Positions 1 to 10,250 of a stretch of 64,000 nucleotides of DNA are shown piece by piece (the first letter of the stretch is position 1; every line of letters starts with the position of its first letter). The position numbers and the translations under genes are program-made. The notes under the pieces are model-generated. The model did no database searches, was not told the DNA's origin, and saw nothing but the letters and a program-made list of their open reading frames with translations. Source of the DNA: Eledone cirrhosa (lineage: Eukaryota); NCBI GenBank assembly GCA_964016885.1, contig CAXHJY010001472.1:248001-312000 (forward strand), given 5' to 3'.

Positions 1-98
1 CCAGCTGTAGAAATCAAGCCAGAATCAGTTCCCGTCCCACCCTTGCAAGCAGGGAAAAAGCGGACTTAAAACGAAATGATGATGATGATGATGATGAT
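1..98 (+). mobile_element. 3' end of tRNA-derived SINE with RTE-type tail and (GAT)n (partial copy)
   Basis: Matches 16351-16451: cccacccttgcaagcagggaaaaagcggac followed by (gat)n. Confidence 0.8.
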
Positions 99-140
99 GT
101 ATGTATGTATGTGTATATGTATGTATGTATGTATATGTAT

Positions 141-280
141 GAGATGCAGTTTGGTTTTGTGCCGCTGAAAAGTGCAACAGATGCCCTCTTCTTAGTGAGA
201 CAACTACAAAAGAGGTTCTTAGAGAAAAATAAGCCACTATACTTAGCTTTGGACATAGAGAAGGCTTTTGATAGAGAACT
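141..280 (+). mobile_element. Short RTE LINE RT fragment (full after S tails, 5'-clipped after L tails)
   Basis: Translates EMQFGFVPLKSATDALFLVRQLQKRFLEKNKPLYLALDIEKAFDR, homologous to the RTE RT encoded at 24564-25820. Confidence 0.85.
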
Positions 281-322
281 CTTATAAATGACAACATATA
301 TATATGTGTGTGTATATACATG

Positions 323-638
323 TTTTTTTTAAAACTATATATTTATTACTCCCTTAAGCAGAAGAAATATATTCCCAGATATCGAAGATTACCACAATAA
401 CTAGGGAGCGGAAATCAATAGATGCTGGACATTGCTGCTGAGGGTAGGATGACCTGATGAGCTGGCTCCTGTGGTGGATACCTAAACATAGTAAGACCCA
501 AGTGGGATGACTGAGGTTCACCTACATACATCAGATGTCTCTGGATCTCCAGCTGGAGATTAATGATCTCAGGAATGCCATGAAAAATCGTGACATCTAA
601 AAAAGAAGAGTAGAATTGTTCTGGCCAAACCACCTGAC
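323..638 (-). other. Putative minus-strand terminal exon (one per unit)
   Basis: The minus strand reads ...attattattgtttattag|GTCAGG (acceptor AG at 640-639), about 300 nt of more GC-balanced sequence, AATAAA at 347-342, then an A-run. The 72-aa ORF is broken by TAG in units 4, 5 and 7. Confidence 0.3.
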
Positions 639-736
639 CTAATAAACAATAATAATATTAATATATATTGATGAAAATTAATTATGGTGAAATATCTTAG
701 AAATCATTCTCAGAGGTTTTGTATTGTAATCCACAC

Positions 737-2732
737 TTGCTCCTTGTGGCTTCTGATGCAGACATCATGTCCGCCATCAGGTCCTTCCCAGCTAGCAGCT
801 GCGGTGATGTTGATGGTCTCTGACCAGGCCTCCTCAAGGAGTTGACATCTCCCCTCTCCGCTGAGGCCGGGCGCCGCCTTCTGAGTGCAATTGTGGCGCT
901 CACCAATAGGCTCATCCATGGCGCCCTGGACTCTTATGCTCGAGGCCTCTTTTTTTCAGCCAGCTTCACCGCTCTCAGGAAGAAAGAGGGTGGCATACGC
1001 CCCATTGCTGTGGGCAATGTCTTCCGGAGGCTGGCTGCCAAGGTAACCTGCAAGTCCGTAACACTCGGAACCGGCATCCAGGGACTCCAGCCACCTCATT
1101 GTCAAGTTTGACATGAGGAATGCCTTCAACTCTTTACGCTGGGATCATCTGCTCGAGGCCTGCCTCAGCCGAGCCCCCTCTGCCTAGCTGTCATATGGAG
1201 CCCCGAGCATGCGACATGCTGCTGATACGGTCATACCCTTGGCTACTGGGATCCAACAGGGCAACCCTTTGGGACCCCTCCTGTTCACCCTTGGTATTGA
1301 CCACATCGCCCGGAGTATAACGGCCCCTCTCAACGTTTGGTATCTGGATGATGCTACTTTGGGTGGGCCCGTACAGGCGGTCTGCCATGACCTTCAATCG
1401 GTGGTTCCTGCCCTGGCGGGAATCGACCTCCAGGTCAACTCAGCCAAGTCGGAGGTGGTGAATGTCAGCCTCGATGCTGCAAGCTTTGCAGTCTCCGTCT
1501 TGGACGTGCGGTCCATTCTCCGCCAGGTTCAGGTGACCCCCAAAGAGGATGCCCTCACCGATCCACCCGCCGGCCATCCGCTCCACCATCAAGTTCAGAC
1601 TCTCACGAGCCGACTGGGCTTGATTGATGGCCACCCAGTTCTCTTTCTGCTGAGGAACTGCTACGCCATGCCGAAGCTCCTCTATACACTCTGTGCTACA
1701 CCCAGACTTGTATCCGAGCAGCAGCCGATGAGATATGCAACTTTACCTATCAGGTATGGCGACCTTCGCCTCCAGTCCCCGATCTCACTAGCTTTGCCGG
1801 CGTATCTTTCGTCGGTAACCTCGTACCACGTCCACCTCAGCAGGGTTCTTCAAAACACAACAGAACCCTCTGTGTTCAGAGAACGCGTGGCCGCCTGTGA
1901 GACGTGGCACCGGCTGGGGCTTAGCCCAGTAGACGTTCCTCCTCCTTCTCCCCCTGTTGACGTCAAGTCCCCCCAACACACTTGGGATGCCATCCAGTGC
2001 AGCCTGGCCTCAGACAGGCTCACGTGCCAGCTCGACCAGCACCGCCTTGTTTGTTTTCGTGCGGCCTCCAAACCCCACAGTGGGGCCTGGCTCCATGCCC
2101 TGCCCTCCTTCTCCACTCGCACGCAGCTAGACAACCATAGCTTGCGCATCGGCGTTTCCCTGAGGCTCGGCCTCACACCAATGTCGCTGCCGTTCCACCA
2201 TGGACTCTTTCGGCCTCCACCCGCTTTCCTGTCGCCACAGTGCCAGCCGCAATCCACGCCATGCTGCCCTCAACGAAATCATTAAGCATGGCTTGGACGC
2301 TGCAGGCTTCCCTTCCCAGCTCCAGGGGACGGCAAAAGGCCAGATGGCATGACCATCTTCCCGTTCCGCGGTGGCAAACCCCTCGTCTGGGATGCCACTT
2401 GCACCGACACTTTCTGCAGCCGCAACCTGGTGCAGTCTGCGACTGGCCCAGGTTCTGCTGCACGTCAGGCTGAGAGGGCCAAACTCCTCACATATCGTTC
2501 ACTCTCCGACAGGTTTGCGGTCGTACCCCTGGAAGTGGAGACTTCTGGTGTCCTCGACCCCAGGGCTACCTCCTTACTCACCACCATAGGCGCTGAGCTG
2601 GCCAGTCGCAGGTGTGAGCCCCGCGAGTTGGATTGGCTTTTCCAGCGCGTCTCCCTTGCCGTGCTCCGGGGAAACGCCTTCTCCATTCTGTCCGCCGGGG
2701 CTGTGGGTGGGCCCCATCGCGTACCGTTATAG
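737..2732 (+). mobile_element. Degenerate 5'-truncated CRE-clade non-LTR retrotransposon (RT, CCHC knuckle, RLE endonuclease), type A, unit 1
   Basis: Motifs IRSFPASSCGDVDGL*P, ALRKKEGGIRPIAVGNVFRRLAAK, GIQQGNPLGPLLF, WYLDD, CRC..D..GLH.LSC...RH..LN and RPDGMTIFPFRGGKPLVWDATCTDT..VETSG. Stops at 821 and 1185 plus frameshifts. Confidence 0.88.
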
Positions 2733-3394
2733 TTGTTGAAGAAGAAACAGGGAGACAACAACTGGAATGTATACAAAACAACTAAATCTCTTAAATAACT
2801 TCACTTATATCCAAAATATGATTTGTATATACATCAACTGTGACTCATTATTATACGCCAGTCACGACCCCACTGCAAAAACGATATCTATATAACAACC
2901 CCACCGTAAAACTACTCTTCCCCACTTTACAAACACTTTATATTATTTGTCATTAAGGTTTCTTAAAATAAATATATATACGTATGTGTAGTAATTAGTA
3001 CGGAGACTGAGAGAGAAGGGGCGAGTGTGTCTTCATGGAGGGCACATGGGACCAGCAAAGTCCTAAAAGTAGAGACCAGTAAATGAGATAAAGTCCTAGC
3101 TATGTTAAGAATATAAATAAGAAACATGTTCTATACATTTAAGAAGACAAGAGAAACATGTTCTAAACATTTAAGAAATAATTATTTACCTCTTTCATGT
3201 CGGTAATATAGCGGTGTTATAAAACTAATTATAACGACCGGTGTTAAAATAGAGAGAGATAGACAGATAAATGTGTGTCACACTCTCACCCTCTCTTTAA
3301 ATCTTTTACACTATCTTTACATCTTTTACTCTATCTCCCTCTTATTTCTATCTGTGTACATATATATGTGTATGTATGTATCTGTCTATGTGTA

Positions 3395-3445
3395 ACTCGG
3401 TGTACTGGAGCAATATGAGGTGAAGTGTCTTGCTCAAGAAGACAT
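3395..3445 (-). mobile_element. SINE CORE-like fragment (one per unit)
   Basis: The minus strand ttgagcaagacacttcacctcatattgctccagt resembles SINE body ttgagcaagacactttatttcacattgctccagt at about 16186-16219. Confidence 0.55.
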
Positions 3446-3747
3446 TTTGTGGAGTTATATCATCGTTTCTTGTTATAAAGCTACTTATACTACCGGCGTA
3501 ACAGTGGCTATAGGTGATAGATGTAGAAATAAAAGGCTGTAACAGCGATATAAATATAGATGAAATAGTTTACCACGAGACTAAGAATGAATGTTTAATG
3601 GAATTAAGTGTAATCTAATAGGAAATAAGAGGCTAGAGCAGCGAAATGTTTACGTAAAATAAAAGAACAACAAACAAAAGTGCAACATTGAAATTTTTGT
3701 TTTATTTTCTCGATATAAGCGTTATTTTATGCGCGATTTGCCTTGCT

Positions 3748-3860
3748 GCCGGCGTTGCTCAGTCAGTAGCAGCCCCGCTTACTAACTTCAGGAGCCAACG
3801 ACTTTACATGGTTCGAATCTCACCCTCTCCGCTCTTGTCGAGTTATCTCCTACTCTTTTT
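3748..3860 (+). ncRNA. Candidate Pol III type-2 (tRNA-like) transcription unit of about 113 nt; copies at 14143, 20101, 31179, 40999, 46976, 58049 and 63934 (partial)
   Basis: TATAA at 3714-3718, A-box-like TTGCTCAGTCAG at 3755-3766, B-box GGTTCGAATCT at 3810-3820, TTTTT at 3856-3860. It does not fold as a canonical cloverleaf. Confidence 0.4.
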
Positions 3861-3964
3861 ACTTAGTTCCAGGTCATTTAAATAGAGCAAAGAGGTCGCG
3901 GCGATCGGCATATGCACTGGCTACAATGTTGAACTTTGGTACTGACTGCATAGTTGAACGTTCC

Positions 3965-4036
3965 ACATACCAACCGCCCAACTGGCCAGTCAACCGCAAA
4001 TACGGCTGGCTGGCCGGTTGGGTAGTTGGCATATGT
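3965..4036. ncRNA. 72-nt imperfect hairpin (pre-miRNA-like); copies at 14360, 20318, 31396, 41216, 47193, 58266
   Basis: ccaaccgcccaactggccagtcaaccg / caaata (catatg in B) / cggctggctggccggttgggtagttgg gives a 27-bp stem with 3 G:U pairs and 2 mismatches, extended by acata/tatgt. Confidence 0.45.
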
Positions 4037-4505
4037 ACTGACTGTCAAGTTGAACGTTCTAACCCTCTCTTTACATCTATTGCTCTATCTACCGCTTATT
4101 TCTCTCCCTCTCTTTACTTCTATAACTCTATCTCCCACTCTCTTTACATCTATTACACAGTGTCTCCCTGTATATATACACGTATATATGCACTAGATTT
4201 TATAAGAAATCTACGTAATAATATAATTAACAATAGTTGATGAATTAGACCAGAGTTAATTAAACAATAAATATGAATGAAATAGCAGTAGATGGCGAAA
4301 CTTGAGTGTTGTGTGTGCATACATATATATGAGGTAAACTGGTTCAAATACTGTCAGGATTATATTGGATCAAAGACTGTATTAAATAGAAAGTAAAAAA
4401 TGAAGTGAAAATATAAAAACAAACTGAAAATTTCCCCATCCCTAGAAAAATTCATATCTTGTTATATATAGATAATTGGCGCTTTAAATTGAATAAATAT
4501 TCATT

Positions 4506-4540
<35 letters not shown>

Positions 4541-4588
4541 GTACACTGATATATATGTGTGTGTATATATATATATATATGTATGTGT

Positions 4589-5223
4589 CAGGTCACCAGT
4601 TGGTGCTACTGGTAACATGTATCCCAGTACAACCTGTCTCATGGTCGGGTCGTTGGCGACTAAACTGGCAACCCCACCAAGGTTTCTTGGTGAGGAGGGT
4701 GACTTTGGACATCCTGCAGGACTAAAAACAAAACCTGTCAAAGGGCAAAGGAGCTCTTAAGAGTCAATGGCCATCCAAAATCACCGGGAGAGATGACCCC
4801 TTTAGCCTTAGTCAAGGCAGAATTCTAGGAGAAGGAAAACTCTGATATAACACCTGCAACCCTGATGGTATCCAATGATGTTGACTTGTTCTTCTTTTTG
4901 GTAAATAGCATCTTGGTTAAGAGAGTGGGACTGGCTTTGTGCAGTGCCTTTGCTCACTATAAAAGCCTCACGGCACAGGCATTGCTTTATATCTGGAGAT
5001 CTCTCTGCACTTGTCCTCACATGGGCCCAGCACTATGTGTCAATAATTGTCCTACCATGGGCCTAGCACTATGTGTCAATAATTGTCACAGGTGTAGTGT
5101 TTGTACCAGAGGTTTCAAGTCGCTGGCTGGACTAAAAAGTCACACTCGTTCAGCGCTTCGGTAGGGGTTATCCTACATGGATGTAAAGTAGTGGCCGTAC
5201 TCGAAAACGAGTTGGCAGCCACC
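4589..5223 (+). mobile_element. 635-bp non-autonomous (bipartite) RTE-like retroposon, present only in unit 1
   Basis: 12-bp TSD atatgtatgtgt (4577-4588 and 5224-5235). Empty sites in units 3, 4 and 6. The 3' part encodes C2H2-like CSVCTRGFKSLAGLKSHTRS and ends with the stem-loop actcg-aaaa-cgagt. Confidence 0.75.
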
Positions 5224-5288
5224 ATATGTATGTGTATATGTGTACATATGTATGTGTATATATATACTAATATATATATATATATATA

Positions 5289-5630
5289 TCAACTTCATCA
5301 TACGTCCGCTTTTCCATGCTTGCAAGGGTGGGGTGGGAGCTGATTCTGGATTGGTTTCTACAGCTGGGTGCCCTTCCTGACGCCAACCCAGTTTGCAGTG
5401 AGTGCTGGGTGCTTTTCTTTTTTCCGTGGCACCTCCACGTCAGCTTTACAGAGCGGGCTGGGTGCTTTTTTGCCGTGGCGCCTCCACGACCACTTTACGG
5501 TGGGGTGGTGGGGTGGTATGTGTATACCCAGCCCATTGTCATTTCCCACCCAGAAAAGTTCATAGCACCGTTCTTTACCCACGATGAATCTAGCAGACCC
5601 ACCCCTCCACCTGGTCTCTTGAATACAACA
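5289..5630 (-). mobile_element. Internally deleted RTE (APE fragment fused to 3' end), clipped by the L tail; copies 20993-21334, 32071-32412, 47872-48213
   Basis: The minus strand encodes [33 protein letters not shown], then the RTE-type 3' end cccacccttgcaagcatggaaaagcggacg. Confidence 0.75.
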
Positions 5631-6747
5631 GTGGTTTCACTAAAATAAAAATTAAATTAAATTAAATTAAATTAATTATATTAGATAAATAGACATTGGG
5701 GTTCTCACCAAAGATTTTCAGTTATTTCTAAGAGATGTAAAAGGAAAATTAAAAAAAGATTAATAGGACACATTAGACATGTCTCCAAGCAAGAATTGAA
5801 CTTACAGACAAGGATCTCACCATCTCTGGTACTTCCCACTAAGCCACCAAGACTGCTACAAAGGTCTATTGAAAATTAATATTTATAAACCTACTTTCAA
5901 AATATAACTAATTTAATTAAAAATAAAATAAAATAAATAGACATTGGCGTTCTCACAAAACTTTTTCAGTTCTTTTTTCTAAGAAATGTCAAAGGAATAT
6001 ATATATATATATATTTTATTTTTAATTTTATTTTGAAAGTAGGTTTATAAATATTAAATTTCAGTACATCTTTGTATCAGTCTCGGTAGCTTAGTGGGAA
6101 GTACCAGAGATGGTGAGATCCTGTTCTGGGTGTTCAATCCTGGTCTGAGGGTTGAATTGGGGACTCAGGTTCAATCCTGGTCCATGAGATACATGTAAGG
6201 TGTCATGTTAATCTTTTATAATTTTCTTTCTATATCTCTTTGAAAAAGAGAACCCCTATTTATTTAATTATATTGAATTTAATTTTTTATTTTAGTTAAA
6301 TTGTCGAAAACACTGAAGATCTAAAGGTTGAGGAGACAATATGTCAATTTTATCTGTCTCCTCTAACTTTAGATCACCAGTGGTTTTGACAATTTAACTA
6401 AAGTAAAATAAAATAAATTAAATTATATTAGATAAATAGACATTGGGGTTCTCACCAAAGATTTTCAGTTTTTTCTGAGGAAAATTTAAAAAAAGATTAA
6501 CAGGACACATTACAGCAATGATTGAACTCCCAGACCAGGATTGAACCTACAGACAAGGACCTCACCATCTCTGGTACTTCCCACTAAGCCGCCAAGACTG
6601 CTACAAAGGTCTGCTGATAATTAATATTTATAAACTTAATTTCAAAATAAAATTAATGTTATTAATTTTATTTAAAAATAAAATAAAATAAATAAACATT
6701 GGGGTTCTCACAAAACTTTTTCATTTTTTTTCTAAGAAATGTCAAAG

Positions 6748-6750
<3 letters not shown>
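5631..6750. repeat. Three copies of an approximately 300-370 bp tRNA-derived AT-rich element in -/+/- orientation (foldback); copies 21335-23742 (RTE-interrupted), 32413-33531, 48214-50621 (RTE-interrupted)
   Basis: ctcaccatctctggtacttcccactaagc occurs at about 5816 and 6561, and its reverse complement at about 6089. Palindrome centre gaggagaca...tgtctcctc at about 6331-6363. The middle copy has A box TAGCTTAGTGG and B-like GTTCAATCC. Confidence 0.8.
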
Positions 6751-6777
<27 letters not shown>

Positions 6778-6781
<4 letters not shown>

Positions 6782-8710
6782 TCATCATCATCATCATCAT
6801 CGTTTAACGTCCATATTCCACGCTTGCATGGGTTTGGACGGGAATTTTCCCACTTGAGGCAAGAGTGGTTGTCTTGCTCGCATAGGACTGTCTGGCGGGT
6901 TTTCTACAGCTGGATGCCCTTCCTAACACCAACCGCATTTACAGTGTGGGACTGAGAGGTTTTTACCGTGTTACCTACACGGCCACATTACTGCGTGGAC
7001 TGTGTTTTTTTTTTTTGTCGTGACACCTACACGACCTCATTTGTTTCGGCCTGGATGTTGTGGCACCAACATAACTTTACATTGAAAGGGGCGGTGTGGA
7101 TGGGGTGGGGGTGTATTTTGTTAGAGGTGCCTACTGACTGTAGTAGGTTTTACTTTGTATCTAGGTAAGGCGGGTCTTCTCTATTACTGAGTACCGCCAA
7201 AGATCTCGGTCCAGTGACATTGTCTTGGAGAGGTGTAAGTGTGTGAGGTCGGAATTTATCAAGTCGTCCCAGGTTTTTCTGGGTCTGCCTACTCCGTGGC
7301 TACCGTCTATCTTTATTGCCCTGCATTTTTTTTATACAGCTGTCGTCTTTCATCCGCATCACGTGGACCATACCAACGTAGTCTTCTCTCGAGTACACAA
7401 CATCTGATCCCTCTTATTTCTAATTTTTCCCTTAGTTCGTTTATGCTTTGCCGTTCACATATATTACTATTACACATCCAGCGAAGCATGCAAGCTTCGT
7501 TCCTCTCTAGTCTGCGTATATCCTCTGCACACAATGCCCAGGTCTCACTGCCATGCAACATTGCTGTTCATATGCAGGCATCATACAACCTGCCTTTCAT
7601 TTTTAGGGAGAACCCTTTAGCGGCTAATAGTGGTATAAGCTCTCTGAACTTTTTCCATCCAGTTCTGACTCTAGCTACTGTACTTTCAGAGCACCCTCCC
7701 CCACTGCTGATTTTGTCACCCAGGTAACGGAAGCTGTCCACTATTTCTATAGAACCCTCTGCGCAATTGAAAGAGCTAGTATTTTGTGGGCACTTGCTGC
7801 TACTTATTGCACCAGAGCACCGGCCACATGTAAAATCTATGTTCTTAGTTAGCTTACCTGTGATCCCACTACATCTTTTATGAACCCATACTTTGCATTT
7901 GGGACATAAAATGGAGTTTCTACCTACGCCTTTCCTACACACTGAGCATGGCCATTTCCCGGAAGGGACCGGCGCCTTATTTTCTTTCCTACAAACTAGA
8001 ACTTTAGTCTTAGCCAGGTTAATTTTAAGGCCTTCTGATTCTAGGCCTTGCTTCCATGTTTGGAATTTCTTCTCTAGCTCGGCCATTGATTCAGCTATGA
8101 GCGTTAGATCATCTGCGTATAGGAGTTCCCATGGGCAGCCGGTCTTGAACTCCACTGTTATAGCCTGAAGGGCAATAATAAATAGTAGGGGGCTAAGGAC
8201 GGAGCCCTGATGAACACCAACTTTTACGCTAAACTCTTCACTATATTCGTTGTTAATTCTAACCTTGCTGACTGTTTCTTTATACATGGCTCGTATAGCT
8301 CTCACAAGCCATTCCTCAACACCTAGTTTTCTAAGAGCCCACCAGATAATGGAACGGGGGGACTCTGTCGAAGGCTTTCTCCAAGTCAACAAAAGCTAAG
8401 TATAGGGGTTTACTTTTAACTAGGTACTTCTCCTGTAGTTGTCGTACAATGAAAAGAGCGTCTGTGGTACTTTTACCTGACACAAACCCGAACTGCATTT
8501 CATCTAGATCAATTCTCTCTCTGATTAGTTGCGCTATTACTTTTTCCGTGACCTTCATGACCTGGTCGATTAATTTAATGCCTCTATAGTTACTCCTATC
8601 TAGGGCATCTCCTTTACCCTTGTAACAGTTAATGATGATGCTGCTACGCCAGTCCTTCAGAACAACCCCATTCTGTATGACTTGGTTTACTATCCGGGTG
8701 ACCATTACGT
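6778..8710 (-). mobile_element. 5'-truncated degenerate RTE-clade LINE (RT with PHD-like finger), unit 1
   Basis: Motifs YRGIKL, QFGF, AFVDLEKAFDRVP, GVHQGSVLSPLLF, LLYADD and RRLRWYG; premature stop at 7568; (ATC)n tail at 6778-6801. Confidence 0.92.
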
Positions 8711-9490
8711 GTATACATCTGAAAATGTATATATGTATGCAAAGATATAAGTAAACATACATGTATACATATAGATGGACAGTTATGCATATACAATAAC
8801 TTATTTCTATACATACATATACCACAAGTAAGGCATGGTGCTGCCAACTAACCAGACCTCCCTCATAATGGACCAGCTAGATCCCAAAATACAGGCCTGC
8901 TTGCCAACACACAGTCCCAATAAGTGTAAGTTACAGCGCAGCTATCTGGACAGACTTGTCTTAAGACTACACACTATCCCACTACATCTTTTGTATACTA
9001 TATATATACTGTTTATATATATATATATACTATATATATATATACTGTTTATATATATATACACACATATAATTGTGTATTCACACATTATCTTAGTAAT
9101 GAAATAATTAATAATTTTAGTAAATTGTTCAAAATTCTTCATTAACCCTTTTGGTAGAAACCCAGCCAAAATTAGTTCTCGTACTATGGAAATGGTTCCT
9201 ATCTAAATTAAAGTCTTCCAACAAAATTCTATATAACAACCATATGGTAAGTTACTATGTTAGTAATTAACTAACAATTGTGATAAATAGCTCAAAATTA
9301 TTCATAATTAATTGAATTATAAGGTTCATAATTATAATAAAATCTTCAAATAGGCTACGAAACCGGTAAACCTGAAAGGTACACAACACACACACATTGC
9401 TATAGCGTTTCACCAGCCCCTTCCTTCCTGAATTATTACAGAGATGTGTGTGTATGTAATAATTATTTGTATAATGTGTGTCTATTTATG

Positions 9491-10250
9491 AATATGTATG
9501 AGTAGATGTGTGTGTGTGTATCACAGTAGATGTGTATGTAACACAGTAGATGTGTATATGTAACAGAGTAGATGTGTGTTTGCATGTAACTCAGTATATG
9601 TGTATGTAACTCAGTAGATGTGTGTGTGTAACACGGTAGATGTGTGTGTGTAACACGGTAGATGTGTGTGTGTAACACGGTAGATGTGTGTGTGTAGCAC
9701 GGTAGATGTGTGTATGTAACAGTAGATGTGTATGTATGTAACACAGTAGATGTGTATGTATGTAACACAGTAGATGTGTGTATGTAACACAGTACATGTG
9801 TGTGTATGTAACTCAGTAGATGTGTGTGTATGTAACTCAGTAGATGTGTGTATGTAACACAGTAGATTGTGTGTATGTAACATAGAAGATGTGTGTAACA
9901 CAGTAGATGTGTGTGTATGTAACACAGTAGATCTGTGTGTATGTAACTCAGTAGATGTGTGTGTATGTAACACAGGTGTGTGTATGTAACACAGTAGATG
10001 TGTGTATGTAACATAGTAGATGTGTGTATGTAACACAGAAGATGTGTGTGTATGTAACACAGTAGATGTGTGTGTATGTAACTCAGTAGATGTGTGTGTA
10101 TGTAACACAGTAGATGTGTGTGTAACACAGTAGATGTGTATGTAACGCAGTAGATGTGTGTGTATATAACCCAGTTGATGTGTGTGTATGTAACACAGTA
10201 GATGTGTGTATGTAACATAGTATATGTGTATGTAACTAAAGTGTAACGTA
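9491..10250. repeat. Minisatellite, about 19-23 bp unit GTAACACAGTAGATGTGTGT(GT)AT; copies about 26518-27275, 36322-37081, 53401-54139
   Basis: Direct reading of tandem variants; it produces the spurious H/T/Y-rich ORFs. Confidence 0.95.

Noticed and set aside
400-470. Hammerhead ribozyme suggested by ctgatgag and upstream gaaa
   Set aside because: Stems II and III and the NUH site could not be paired by eye in any permutation.
415-633. 72-aa protein-coding gene
   Set aside because: No recognisable domain, non-ATG start, and an internal stop in three units.
1209-2285. Active or domesticated CRE RT gene
   Set aside because: Upstream stops, internal deletions and frameshifts; the open stretch differs between A and B types.
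3118-3180. 32-bp tandem duplication agaaacatgttcta.acatttaagaa
   Set aside because: A simple local slippage duplication with no further signal.
3748-3835. Functional tRNA gene
   Set aside because: The T-stem (catgg/ctcac) and acceptor stem do not pair. Retained only as a Pol III-like cassette.
8331-8392. Unit-1-specific frameshift in the RTE ORF
   Set aside because: A single extra G in a homopolymer, plausibly a sequencing error.
9491-10250. CRISPR-like regular repeat
   Set aside because: Contiguous tandem units without unique spacers, no cas genes, eukaryotic context.
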